Shown piece after piece: positions 36,877 to 46,756 of a stretch of DNA of 64,000 nucleotides. The stretch is from Planctomycetota bacterium (GTDB lineage Bacteria > Planctomycetota > GCA-002687715 > CAIWVZ01), in NCBI GenBank assembly GCA_044222185.1, contig JBGANV010000001.1, positions 2,016,001 to 2,080,000 on the forward strand. The letters run 5' to 3'. The notes under the pieces are model-generated. The model did no database searches and was not told the DNA's origin. It saw only the letters and a list, made by a program, of their open reading frames with translations. Both the position numbers and the translations under genes were made by a program. Within the stretch, counting starts at the first letter, position 1; the number at the start of each line of letters is the position of its first letter.

Positions 36877-39800
36877 TCACTTCACCAGGCGCATGATCTT
36901 CTCGACCGTCGAGGCCGTCGCGTTCGGATGGTCGAGTTCGAGGGCGCGATCGCGCATGAACCGGACGCGGCGCCGGTTGCGGACCATGTCCAGAATCTCG
37001 GATTCCAGCCCGCCTTCGTCGCGAACGGCGACGGCGACGCCCGCGGCGAGCAGACGATCCGCCACGCGCTCCTCCACGCCGGGCGTCGGGCGGATGAGCA
37101 GCATGGGCAGCCCGCAAGCGATCGCCTCCGCGACCGTGTGAGGCGTGGCTCGGGTGACGAGCATGTCCGACGCGGTCATGAGCTCGTGGATGTTGTCCAC
37201 GAACCCGAACGACTTGAGCAGACACTTGTCGTCGACCGGGACCTGCTCCAGTTCCTCACGCAGCCGGTCGTTCTTGCCGGCGACCACGAGCACGTTCATG
37301 GCGAACGTCGACGCCATGAGGCGGCGCACCAACGCGACGATGCGATCGGTCTGACCGATGCCGCCCGGGCGAATCATCACCGTCGGGACGTCCTTCCGCA
37401 GACCGAGCTCGCGCGCGATCGGCTCACGTGCGAGATCGAGCGAGAAGGCTTGATTCACGGGAACGCCAACGACCTGGATGTTCTCGGGCGGAACCCCTCG
37501 CGCCACGAGGCGACGCTCGAAGTCCGCGTTGGAGACGAGCCAGAACTTCACGAGCGGAGACCACCAGTAGTCGTGGTAATCCGGATCCGACGCCACGGCG
37601 ACGATCTTCGGGACGGTGACGCCTGCCGCGTTCTGCTGTTCGAGCCAGCGGAACGGGAGCCAGTGGCTGCAGACGATCCACTCGGGACGTCGGTCGAGCA
37701 GCGACTGCTGCAGCTTCTCGGCGAAGAGCGCCGTGAGGAAGTCGTCGAAGTCCGCAGGCATCATCTCCGCCGCGGTCAGGGGCGAGGTCTCGAAGGGCGC
37801 GCCGAACAATGCCGGACGGCGCTGGATGTCCTCGAGCACCGAGCGCACGTAGGGCGCGCGGTACGGGGCCGCCAGGTGATCGAGGAGATCGACCTCGCGC
37901 AACGTCAGGTTGCGATCGAGGATCTTCAGGCCCTCGGTGACCGCATGGGCGACTCGCAGGTGCCCGCTCCCCGTGCTGGCGCCGCAGATGACGACTTGTT
38001 TTGGGGGACGCAGGAACGGGATCAGGTCACGGAGGGTGACCCCCGGCTCGAGGCCACGCCGCCGACGCTCTTCGCGAGGGCTGTCGAGGGCATCGATGCC
38101 GCTGGACGACGCGCCCAGCTCCTCGACGTCGCGGCCTCCGCGATCGCGCCGGCCGCGGCGGCGCGTGCGGTCCTCGTTCTCGAGTTCTTCGACGAGCGTC
38201 CACTCGCGGCCGTCGTCTTCGGCTTCGACGGGCTTCGGCGCCGCCTCTTCGTCGGGCGGCAGGATCTCGTCCGGCGTCGGCTCATGGCGACCGGCGCGCT
38301 TGATGTCGCGGAAGATGTCGCCCTGGGAGCCCTCCCGCCCTGGATCCGTGATGGACACGTCGTGGCGAGATTCCGCGGCGACGTCGCGGCGTGGATCCTG
38401 ATCCGGATCCCGGCGACCGTCGCGGCGCTCGTCCCGGCCGCCCTCGCGGCCGCCGCGGTCACGGTCGCGGTCGCGATCACGCCCGCCGTCCCGCTCGCGT
38501 CCTGAGTCCCGTTCCCGGTCGCGCGACGCGTCGCGATCACGGCCGCCGTCCCGCTCCCGGCCCGGCTCACGGGCGGCGTCGCGGTTGGGCTCGCGACCGC
38601 CCTCGCGACCGCCCTCGCGATCGCGGCCACCATCCCGTTCGCGGCCGCCGTCCCGACGTTCGTCCCGTCCACCGCGACGATCCTGACGAACGCGATCACC
38701 GCGATCGTTCCGCCCGCCACGGTTGTTGCCGCCACGGTCTCCCTGCGGGCGATCGCCGGCAGGTCGGTCGCCACCACGCTCGGGTCCGCGATCGCCGCGG
38801 TCCTGTCGCTCGCCGCGCTCGCTGCCCCGGTCACCACCGCGGTCGCCCCGGTCGCCGCGTCCGACTCGCTCGCCGGTGCGATGCCGCTCGATCCGCTCCG
38901 GAGGCTCCGAAGGCGCGGGCGGAGGGGGCGGTGCACGGTGAAGCTCGTCGATCTCCTCCAACTCGTCGGCACCACCGAGACCACCGATCTCGACGACCTC
39001 GGGCTCGTCGTGTGATTCACGGCGCGCGGAGTCGGAATCCGACTCGGACTCGAGCCTCTCGTCGCGGGTCGATCCCAGCTCCTTCTCGTCGTCCCCTTCG
39101 ATCTCGTCGCGATTCTCGCCCATGTCGGTTCCTTCGGCGCTCGAGGGAGCGCCGTGTTGATCCTTCTGTGATTCTGACGACGTCGATCGATCGAGGCCGC
39201 GAACGTCGACACCGGCGTTGGCCGGGCTCTGCCGCAGTGTGCGGGCCACGATCTCTTCGACACGCTCGACCGCCGTTCGCAAGTCGAAGGGCTGCGACGC
39301 CCGCAGCGCTTCATCCTGGATTCCCTGCAAACGGGGCGCGTCTTCTAACAAGCGGACGAGAGCCGCTCCCGCGGCCACCGGGTCGTTTTCGTCGAGGAAC
39401 AAGGCCGTTTCGCCGTCGATGAGATAGGAGGGCGCCATCTGGGCGACGGACAGCGGGATCGCCGGTGCAACGTGCATCGCCATGGCGTCGAGGCAGGCCC
39501 CCTCCTGCACCCGACGGCCGTCCGCAACCAGCAGGACTTCCGCCGCCGTGTAGGCGGCGAAGGAGTCACGTGGGTCCAGGGAATGGCCGACCACGACCGC
39601 GTCCGTGCCCCCAGCGTCGGTGATCATCCGCTGAAATGCCGGCGCCGCCTCGGCCTCGGTCAGGAGGTAGAGCATGACCGCCGGCAGCCGGCCGTGGACC
39701 TCGCGCAGGACGGTGAGCAGCCGGGACGCCTCGGAGGGCTCGCAGGTGTCGAGTCGCGCCAGGAGCAGTCGGCGTCCAACGGCGCCCACTCGGACGAGGA

Positions 39801-40377
39801 AGCCTTCCAGGTCGCGGCGAGTCGTACGTCCGAACCGGAAGGCGTTGAGGTCCACGCCGTCGGGCACCAGGGTGGAATCCGCGCCGAACGTCTCGCGCAG
39901 GAGCATTCGACACGTCGGGCCGGCCGCAGCCAGGACATCTGCTCGAGCGAGCATGGCCTCGATCCGACGTCTGAGGTCCCGGCCCGGGACGTCGCCGAAG
40001 TCATGACAGATCCCCGAGGTGTCGCACCGCGCCCGGACGATCAGGGGGAGATCGGAATCGTTGGCCGCCCGGGCCACGACTTCGGTCAGCCGCGAGAGGC
40101 CGTCCGCGAACACCCATTCGGCAGCCGTCTCACGCAGATATTGAGCCAGGCGCTCCCGTACGGCCGCCTCCGCCTGGGGCGAGGGATCGTCCGTCGGACC
40201 GTCGAACGGCAGGCGCAGGACCACCAGGTCCTCCGGCGCCTTTTCGACGGCGGCCGGCGTCGAGACGACGCTGACCTGGTGCTCGCGGAACTGCATCCGG
40301 CGAATGAGCGACTCGACCTGCCGCCCGCTGCGAGCCGCAGCCCTGAAGAGACGCGGATGTGAGAAACAGATCCTCAT
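36877..40377 (-). CDS. Glycosyltransferase fusion: divergent GT4-like domain + R/D/E/G-rich disordered linker + GT28 MGDG/DGDG-synthase (UgtP-like) domain
   Basis: N-term VPDGVDL..F, LDAMA; C-term ASTGSGHLR, CSHW, SDPDYH..W, FGFVDNIHELMTASD, TVAEA, PGVEE. Confidence 0.8.
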   Translation of the reverse strand: MRICFSHPRLFRAAARSGRQVESLIRRMQFREHQVSVVSTPAAVEKAPEDLVVLRLPFDGPTDDPSPQAEAAVRERLAQYLRETAAEWVFADGLSRLTEVVARAANDSDLPLIVRARCDTSGICHDFGDVPGRDLRRRIEAMLARADVLAAAGPTCRMLLRETFGADSTLVPDGVDLNAFRFGRTTRRDLEGFLVRVGAVGRRLLLARLDTCEPSEASRLLTVLREVHGRLPAVMLYLLTEAEAAPAFQRMITDAGGTDAVVVGHSLDPRDSFAAYTAAEVLLVADGRRVQEGACLDAMAMHVAPAIPLSVAQMAPSYLIDGETALFLDENDPVAAGAALVRLLEDAPRLQGIQDEALRASQPFDLRTAVERVEEIVARTLRQSPANAGVDVRGLDRSTSSESQKDQHGAPSSAEGTDMGENRDEIEGDDEKELGSTRDERLESESDSDSARRESHDEPEVVEIGGLGGADELEEIDELHRAPPPPPAPSEPPERIERHRTGERVGRGDRGDRGGDRGSERGERQDRGDRGPERGGDRPAGDRPQGDRGGNNRGGRNDRGDRVRQDRRGGRDERRDGGRERDGGRDREGGREGGREPNRDAAREPGRERDGGRDRDASRDRERDSGRERDGGRDRDRDRDRGGREGGRDERRDGRRDPDQDPRRDVAAESRHDVSITDPGREGSQGDIFRDIKRAGRHEPTPDEILPPDEEAAPKPVEAEDDGREWTLVEELENEDRTRRRGRRDRGGRDVEELGASSSGIDALDSPREERRRRGLEPGVTLRDLIPFLRPPKQVVICGASTGSGHLRVAHAVTEGLKILDRNLTLREVDLLDHLAAPYRAPYVRSVLEDIQRRPALFGAPFETSPLTAAEMMPADFDDFLTALFAEKLQQSLLDRRPEWIVCSHWLPFRWLEQQNAAGVTVPKIVAVASDPDYHDYWWSPLVKFWLVSNADFERRLVARGVPPENIQVVGVPVNQAFSLDLAREPIARELGLRKDVPTVMIRPGGIGQTDRIVALVRRLMASTFAMNVLVVAGKNDRLREELEQVPVDDKCLLKSFGFVDNIHELMTASDMLVTRATPHTVAEAIACGLPMLLIRPTPGVEERVADRLLAAGVAVAVRDEGGLESEILDMVRNRRRVRFMRDRALELDHPNATASTVEKIMRLVK
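38380..38880 (-). repeat. Low-complexity degenerate repeats (GGRDR/RERDGGR/GDRG) within the CDS
   Basis: Repeated gcgaccgccctc and ccgccgtcccgctc units on the + strand; boundaries approximate. Confidence 0.75.
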
Positions 40378-40512
40378 CGTCGAACGGTTCCAGACCCGGC
40401 GCGGCGGCCGGAATCAGCATGGTGTGTCGCGAGACCACGGCGCCGGGCACCATCCCCACATCCCGCACGCGATTGATGCTCCGCGAGATGCCGCCTAAGC
40501 TCTCGGCTCGTC

Positions 40513-41802
40513 ATGGGAAGGTGCCTTCGATCCTGCGTGCTGCTTTCCCTCCTTTGGGTAATGACCCTGGGCGGTGCTGCACAGGATACACGGCCGACCT
40601 CCCGCCCGGCGCCCTCCGATGCCGAGATTGCCGCCGCCATCGGGGACCTCGACGCCGAGAGTTTCGCGCGACGCGAAGCGGCGACGGCCGTCCTGCTGAA
40701 CGCCGGCGAAGCCGCGCGCATGCGCCTCCGCGAGGCCGCAGAAAGCGATTCCCTCGAACGGAGCACCCGGGCCCAGAACATCCTGGCCCAGATAGGCGTT
40801 CGCGCCGAGTCTCGTCGCGCCCACGCCGACGCCACGCTGGTCACGTTCCAGGCTGAAAGCCGGCCCCTCTCCGAAGTCGCCGCGAAGCTTGCGTCCGAGG
40901 CTCGGTATCCGGTCCGCGTCTCGGCGGGAGGCTCGGGCGACCGGCCGGTCAGCGTCACCTGGCGCGACACGCCGTTCTTCGAGGCGCTGGATCAGTTGGC
41001 CCGAGCCGCGGGACTGGGCGTGAACCGGGACCCTCGCGACAACACGTTCATCCTCGAGCCGGCGGTCGAGAAGCCGCCGCCTACGGCCTACGCCGGCCCC
41101 GTCCGCGTCTCCCTGACGATGATGTCCGTGACCCGTCAGATCCGCTTCGGCGGACAGGCCTTCGTCTCCGCGACGCTCCAGCTCCGAGTGGACGCGGAGG
41201 ATCGCGTCGACACGCTCGGCATGCTCTCGCCGCTGACGCCGGCGGAGATCACGGACGACCGCGACCGATCCCTGATGCTCGCCGGTCAGCAGGCGAGTCA
41301 ATCGACGTACGTCGTCCGTTCCGATTCCCGCCGACAGATCCAGACGTTCATCCAGATGCAGTCGCCCGAGCCCGATGCCAAGGCGATCAAGAAGCTGCGG
41401 TTCAACGTCCCGCTGATCCTCCCGGAAGAGCTCTTCGAGGCGAAACTCACCGAGCTCACGCCGTCCCCGAACCCGGCCGCGAGCCAGGGCAACTTCCGCG
41501 TGTGGATCGAGGATTGGACGGAAACGGCGGAGAAGCGTTCGGTCCGCATCAGCCTGGACCGCCCAGCAGCCGACGGCCCGCTCCCGCAGGCCTACCCCCT
41601 CTACGACGACGTCATCACGTTCCTCTCGCCGGATGGGACGGTGATCCACCCCAGAACGTCGCAGACGGCGCTCGGTGGCCGCAAGTACACGCTGACTGCC
41701 GAGCTGCCCGTAGGACCCGTCGGTTCGGTGAACGTCACGTCGCTGAAGCGGGCGCGCGTTCTCGACCTCATGTGCACGTTCGAGAACGTCCCGCTGCCCT
41801 GA
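40513..41802 (+). CDS. Secreted hypothetical protein with HEAT-like N-terminus and STN-like domain
   Basis: Signal peptide; LDAESFARREAATAVL HEAT-like; PLSEVAAKL..PFFEALDQLARAAGL. Confidence 0.75.
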   Translation: MGRCLRSCVLLSLLWVMTLGGAAQDTRPTSRPAPSDAEIAAAIGDLDAESFARREAATAVLLNAGEAARMRLREAAESDSLERSTRAQNILAQIGVRAESRRAHADATLVTFQAESRPLSEVAAKLASEARYPVRVSAGGSGDRPVSVTWRDTPFFEALDQLARAAGLGVNRDPRDNTFILEPAVEKPPPTAYAGPVRVSLTMMSVTRQIRFGGQAFVSATLQLRVDAEDRVDTLGMLSPLTPAEITDDRDRSLMLAGQQASQSTYVVRSDSRRQIQTFIQMQSPEPDAKAIKKLRFNVPLILPEELFEAKLTELTPSPNPAASQGNFRVWIEDWTETAEKRSVRISLDRPAADGPLPQAYPLYDDVITFLSPDGTVIHPRTSQTALGGRKYTLTAELPVGPVGSVNVTSLKRARVLDLMCTFENVPLP

Positions 41803-41806
41803 ACAA

Positions 41807-42148
41807 ATGATCACCCTCCGCGTGAAGGACCCGAGTCAGTCGGCACGGTTCTACCGGGACGTCCTCGGGTTCCAGGTCGAGATCGCAGACCAGTCACTGG
41901 CCCACGTCGTCCTGCCGCAGGGAATTCTTCGGCTGGTTCACGACGATCGGATGGACGAGTTGCACGGGCCCGGCTCGGGGAGGCACCGCCTTGGAGTCGG
42001 TGTCGAGATCCACGTGTCGACGCCGTCACCCGCCGAGGTCGCCGAGCGCATCCGGACCCGCGGCGGCTTTCTCGTTCGGGAATCGGAGGATTCGGTGACC
42101 GCCCGGGATGGCGACGGCTACGTCGTGACGTTCGAGCGCGCCGTCTGA
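41807..42148 (+). CDS. VOC/glyoxalase family protein
   Basis: ITLRVKD..SARFYRDVLGF, DGDGYVV. Confidence 0.85.
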   Translation: MITLRVKDPSQSARFYRDVLGFQVEIADQSLAHVVLPQGILRLVHDDRMDELHGPGSGRHRLGVGVEIHVSTPSPAEVAERIRTRGGFLVRESEDSVTARDGDGYVVTFERAV

Positions 42149-42151
42149 GGA

Positions 42152-42541
42152 TCAGCCCGACCAGGCCGTGGCGACGGTACCGGCAAGCGGGCGGCGGCGA
42201 TCGTGCGTCTCGCCGACCGGGTACCACTCGCTGAATCCCGGCTGCCCCGGCCGCCAGGTGATGAAGGCGTCATGGCCCTCGACCTCCGACCGGCAGCAGA
42301 CCAGGCCCAGATCGTGGTCGAGCAGCACGCAGCCCAGGCGATCGAGCTCCGAGATGCACCGGTCGAACTCGGCACGGCAGAACGCCAGGTCGATCCCGTG
42401 ACGCGTCATGGGCGTCTTCGGCGACGGCGCACCCGCGGCCGTCGCCCGACGGATGAGGCGGTGATGCGCACGCGCCGTCGCGACGATTCGACGAAGGAGA
42501 GGAACCATGCGATCGGCTTCGCGGATGGTGAGATGACCCAT
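42152..42541 (-). CDS. DUF2203-like protein
   Basis: TIREADRMVPLL..LGCVLLD.DLGLV..WRPGQ..WY..RRPL pattern. Confidence 0.7.
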   Translation of the reverse strand: MGHLTIREADRMVPLLRRIVATARAHHRLIRRATAAGAPSPKTPMTRHGIDLAFCRAEFDRCISELDRLGCVLLDHDLGLVCCRSEVEGHDAFITWRPGQPGFSEWYPVGETHDRRRPLAGTVATAWSG

Positions 42542-42763
42542 GGAGGACCGGACTCCCGCCCCAACGACCGGCTCGCAGGTCAAAGGGACGCGCGGACTGT
42601 ACATGTTTCGGGCGTGCTCGTCCAACGACGGCCTCGAGTGAACGCTCGCGACCGTCGGGAGATTCCGCGCCAAGTCGCCGCGGATCCCTTGCGGTCTGTA
42701 CGGTCTGCGGTCTCCGGACGTGAGATCCGGGCTTCGGCCTGAGCAGCCCACTCCCTCCACGCG

Positions 42764-44074
42764 TCAGCGCGACGTCGGGCCGACGTCGATCCCGTCCGCC
42801 GTCAACTGCTCCGGTGTCGCGGCGCTCGCCGTTTCGCCGTCCGGGCTTGGGTACCACCCTGGGTCGACGTCGCCGGCGATCCGGTCGCGCACCTTCAAGA
42901 TCGTGAACATGCCGCCCATGGTGATGTAGCCCTTCGGACCGCGACCGCCGATCATCGGCAGGCTGTTCTTCGGGACCTCCATGCCCATCTCCCCCATGTC
43001 GCCCATTCCGGTCTGCCCCATCGTCATGTAGTCCGGCAGGAACCGACGAATCCTCTCGTCGAGGCCCGCGGGGTCGACGCCGATCATGTTGGGAACGCCA
43101 TGGCCCATCTGGGTCATGACGTGGTGGGTCATGTGGCAGTGCATGGCCCAGTCGCCAGCTACGTCGGCGACGAACTCCACGGTCCTGGTCGTCCCCGTCG
43201 GGACGAGGACGGTCGTTTCCGGTTGGCGCGCCGACTCGGGCACGTCACCACCGTCCGTCGCCGTCACGTGAAACCGGAAGCCGTGCAAGTGGATCGGATG
43301 ATGATCCATGGCGCTTAGATTCCCGAATCGGATGCGGACTCGTTCACCGACGGCAGCCACGATGGACCGCGTTCCCGGGAAGACGCGTCCGTTCAACGTG
43401 AGCACGTTGAACTCGGTCATCTCGTTCGGGTCCGGGCGACTGGTGCCCGGCGCGACTTTCCACTCGCCGAGCATGTAGACGTAATCGCGGTCCGGTGGCG
43501 GAGCGGCCTGGTCGCGGGGGTGGACGACGATCATCCCCATCAAGCCCATGGCCATCTGCGTCATCTCGTCGTGATGCGAGTGGTACATGAACGTTCCGTG
43601 CTGGCGCAGCGTGAACTCGTAGCGGTAGGTCTCGCCCGGCTCGATCGCCTTCTGGCTCAGGCCTCCGACGCCATCCATTCCGCTCGGCACGAAGACACCG
43701 TGCCAGTGCACGGTCGTGGCCTCGGGCAGTCGGTTCGTGACGTAGATCCGCACGTGGTCGCCTTCCACGACCTCGATCGTGGGACCGTGGACTCGCCCGC
43801 AGTAGCCCCAGCACTGGGCCGTGAGCCCGGGCGCGAATTCATGGTCCACCGGCCCCGCCACGAGGTGGAACACCTTGACTCCGTCCACGAGGCGAAACGG
43901 CAACGTCGCGCCGTCAGGGGTGACGACGGGGCGGTACGGACCCGACGACGCGACGGTCCCGCGCGGCGCGGTCGCCTCCTCGTTGCGCGTCGCCCGATCC
44001 GGACGCGTCACGGCCGCGACCGCCGCGGCTCCTGCGAGGATCGCTCCCCGGCGTGAGACCTTCTTCTCCAACAT
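42764..44074 (-). CDS. Tat-exported multicopper oxidase with Met-rich tail
   Basis: SRRGAI; HWHG, YHSH, HPIHLHG, HCHMTHHVMTQM copper motifs. Confidence 0.95.
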   Translation of the reverse strand: MLEKKVSRRGAILAGAAAVAAVTRPDRATRNEEATAPRGTVASSGPYRPVVTPDGATLPFRLVDGVKVFHLVAGPVDHEFAPGLTAQCWGYCGRVHGPTIEVVEGDHVRIYVTNRLPEATTVHWHGVFVPSGMDGVGGLSQKAIEPGETYRYEFTLRQHGTFMYHSHHDEMTQMAMGLMGMIVVHPRDQAAPPPDRDYVYMLGEWKVAPGTSRPDPNEMTEFNVLTLNGRVFPGTRSIVAAVGERVRIRFGNLSAMDHHPIHLHGFRFHVTATDGGDVPESARQPETTVLVPTGTTRTVEFVADVAGDWAMHCHMTHHVMTQMGHGVPNMIGVDPAGLDERIRRFLPDYMTMGQTGMGDMGEMGMEVPKNSLPMIGGRGPKGYITMGGMFTILKVRDRIAGDVDPGWYPSPDGETASAATPEQLTADGIDVGPTSR

Positions 44075-44092
44075 GGCGCAGCCCTCGCTTCG

Positions 44093-45523
44093 TCAGAAGT
44101 GTTCCGGTACCGGGGTCGTCATGGACTCGCGGGCACGCCCCGAACCGTGATCGGCCGGGCGCACTCCGCTCGTGAGCCGGGAGACGTCACCGCGCGCGAG
44201 CCAGTAGTCACGTCGAGCCTCGAACACCTGCAGCGATGCCTCGATCTCAGCCGCCTTGCCCTCGATCAACTGAAACGCCCCCGTCAACATGCCGTTGTAC
44301 TGGAGCTGCAAGTCGGCGGTGCTGTCGCGGCGCAACGGCAACACGGAGTCACGGAGGAACAGCGCGCGGTTGCGCGCAGCGACGAGGCGCGCGCGAGCCA
44401 CACGCGCAGCGGAACGGATCTCCACGGCCAGTTCGACGTGGCGGGAAAGCCCTCGCCGCAACCGGGCCTGGGCCGCCGCGACCCTCCCCTGACCTTGGTC
44501 GAAGATCGGCAGCGGGACCGTCAATGCGGGCCCCAGCCCCCAGGTGCCATCGACCTCCTTCTTGACCGCGACACCTGCCTCGGCGTCCGGGATCAGGGAC
44601 GACCATTCGGTGAGGCCGGCGGCGTTGGCCTCCGCCTGCAGGCGGCGCCGTCCCGCAGCCAACTCGAGGCTCGCCGCGATGGCTCGCGATTCCAGATCGG
44701 TCAGGTCCGATTCCGCTGGTGGAACCTCATCGAGAGTCTCCCCAACCCGCCACGCGGCGTCGGGCCCCCACAGGCCGAGCAGCACCGTCAGCGCCTCGCG
44801 GTTCTCGAGGGCGGCGACTTCCGCGTCGGCGAGATCGAGGCGGGCCTGGGCGTGAAGCACGCGCAAGCTCGCTGCGTCCACTTCGCGAATGTTGCCCGCC
44901 GCTCGCAAGCGAAGCGCCAGGTCGGCGGCCGCGCCCCGTGCTTCGACCTCGCTGCGACGCAGCTTTAGGAGAGACTCGTCCGCCACGACGTGGGCGAATC
45001 GCTCGCGCACGCGCGCGGCGAGATCCACCGCCTTGGCGGTGACGACGAGCTGCACCTCGGCCAGATGCTCGGCCGCGACGGCACGCGCCAACGGAATGAA
45101 CGCGACGTCGAGGAAGCTGCGGGTGACGCCGAACTCGATCTCCGTCGCCCCACTGAAGGAGAACTTGGTGTTGCCGGAGAACACGGGATTTTGCAGCAAG
45201 CCCGCCTGCACCAGCTCGGCCTGCGCGATGCCCAGTTCCTCGAACGTCGCACGCAGGTCACGGTTGTTCAGCAGTGCGATCTGGACGGCGGCATCCGCGG
45301 TGAGCCCTCCATCGAGCAACGCACGCGCGGCGGCTGCGACCGCGCCATCTTCCGGTGAGTCGTGGCTCCATTCGACCTGCGCGCCCGTGCGAGCCACCAC
45401 GGCGCCGCGCACGTCGTCGAACGTGGACTCCACCGACGGCGCCGAACACGCCGCAAAGGCACACCACGCGAGCGCTGCGCAGGAGAGGCGGAACGTCCCG
45501 GACGGTCGACCCGCGGGGCTCAT
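44093..45523 (-). CDS. TolC-family outer-membrane protein (copper-resistance associated)
   Basis: Lipobox FAAC; [40 protein letters not shown]; ATGA overlap at 45520-45523. Confidence 0.92.
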   Translation of the reverse strand: MSPAGRPSGTFRLSCAALAWCAFAACSAPSVESTFDDVRGAVVARTGAQVEWSHDSPEDGAVAAAARALLDGGLTADAAVQIALLNNRDLRATFEELGIAQAELVQAGLLQNPVFSGNTKFSFSGATEIEFGVTRSFLDVAFIPLARAVAAEHLAEVQLVVTAKAVDLAARVRERFAHVVADESLLKLRRSEVEARGAAADLALRLRAAGNIREVDAASLRVLHAQARLDLADAEVAALENREALTVLLGLWGPDAAWRVGETLDEVPPAESDLTDLESRAIAASLELAAGRRRLQAEANAAGLTEWSSLIPDAEAGVAVKKEVDGTWGLGPALTVPLPIFDQGQGRVAAAQARLRRGLSRHVELAVEIRSAARVARARLVAARNRALFLRDSVLPLRRDSTADLQLQYNGMLTGAFQLIEGKAAEIEASLQVFEARRDYWLARGDVSRLTSGVRPADHGSGRARESMTTPVPEHF

Positions 45524-45840
45524 CGGTCGGAGCCCTCCTTGCGCAGAGCCATGCCGCAGATCGGACACGCGCCCGGCTCATTGCGTCGGATCTGCGCGTG
45601 CATGGGGCACACGTAGGGACCGGCCGGCGAGGCCGACTCCTCCCTCCGACTCGTGGGTGCGGACTCTGCGGCGAGACCCTCGCCCGGCTGCCAGGAAGGC
45701 CCGGAAGACGCGTCGGGGCTCGCTGGGTGCGTCGCAGGGAAGGGCGGCATCGGCGGCGCCGGGGTGCAACCCGAAGCCGTCAACCAGAGCAGCAGGGCGA
45801 CGCCGGCCGCGAGGGCGACCGAAGGCGGGCGCCCGTTCAC
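45520..45840 (-). CDS. Heavy-metal-binding-domain lipoprotein
   Basis: ASGC lipobox; [18 protein letters not shown]; overlaps both neighbours' start/stop codons. Confidence 0.88.
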   Translation of the reverse strand: MNGRPPSVALAAGVALLLWLTASGCTPAPPMPPFPATHPASPDASSGPSWQPGEGLAAESAPTSRREESASPAGPYVCPMHAQIRRNEPGACPICGMALRKEGSDR

Positions 45841-46484
45841 TTCTCGTGCTTCTCTTCCGTCGGCTCTGCCATCTTCGGTGCGGACGCCTTCGCCTTCTCC
45901 AGGTACTTCGCGGGGTCCTTCTTGATCTCGTCGACCGAATCCTTGGACGCGAGGTGGATCAATCGGTCGCCGACGACGACGAACGTGTTGTCCATCACGG
46001 TCTTGTCACTGACCGGATCCTTGGTGTTCTTGAGATCCTTGACCTTCGGGTTCGTCAGCAGCGTCAAGACGATGTCGCCGTTGTCGCGAACGGGTTTCGA
46101 GCAGTCGGCGCAGCACACGCGAATCTCCCGTCCCTGGTAGATGACGGCGACCCCCTCACCGCTCTTGATCGCCTCGCCGCTCACGGGGCAGATCGTGTTG
46201 CCGAGCTTCTCCAACTTGGGGTAGGCCTTGGCGTATGCGGCCGCCGGGTCCTTCTTCACCTTCTCGACACACATCTTGCAGCAGAGAAACACGCGTCCCT
46301 GATCCGTGTCGACGAACACATCGGCCTTCGTCGCCTTCCCCATGATCGGGCAGGTGGGGTTCATGAACGTTGGGACGGAAACGGCCGGTGTCACCTTCGG
46401 GTCGACGGGTCGCGATTCCTGCGCGTCCATTGGGAACGCGACGAGCACGGCAGAGACGACGAGAATGGAAACAGGTCGAAGCAT
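45837..46484 (-). CDS. Periplasmic YHS/TRASH-repeat protein
   Basis: Signal peptide; [29 protein letters not shown], and a third Cys-free repeat. Confidence 0.85.
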   Translation of the reverse strand: MLRPVSILVVSAVLVAFPMDAQESRPVDPKVTPAVSVPTFMNPTCPIMGKATKADVFVDTDQGRVFLCCKMCVEKVKKDPAAAYAKAYPKLEKLGNTICPVSGEAIKSGEGVAVIYQGREIRVCCADCSKPVRDNGDIVLTLLTNPKVKDLKNTKDPVSDKTVMDNTFVVVGDRLIHLASKDSVDEIKKDPAKYLEKAKASAPKMAEPTEEKHEK

Positions 46485-46756
46485 GACGACACTCCCTTTT
46501 CGACGATCGACGCCCGTGCGTCGCACCCTGGCGGACCACGCCCTACCGTGCGATGGGTCGACTTTGATGTTGGTTTCGAGGCGTGACGTGGGGACCTCGA
46601 GTATCGGACCAGGACGCGGCAGGGTCAACTCGGCGTCGAACAAACGCGTGGCCCCCGACGAGCACGCGGGCGCATCGTCGTCGAGGACGTGCCGCCCGCG
46701 CGACCGCGAAGCGCTGCCGATTCGGCTGCAATCACCGTCGCGCCGCGTGGGGTCTG

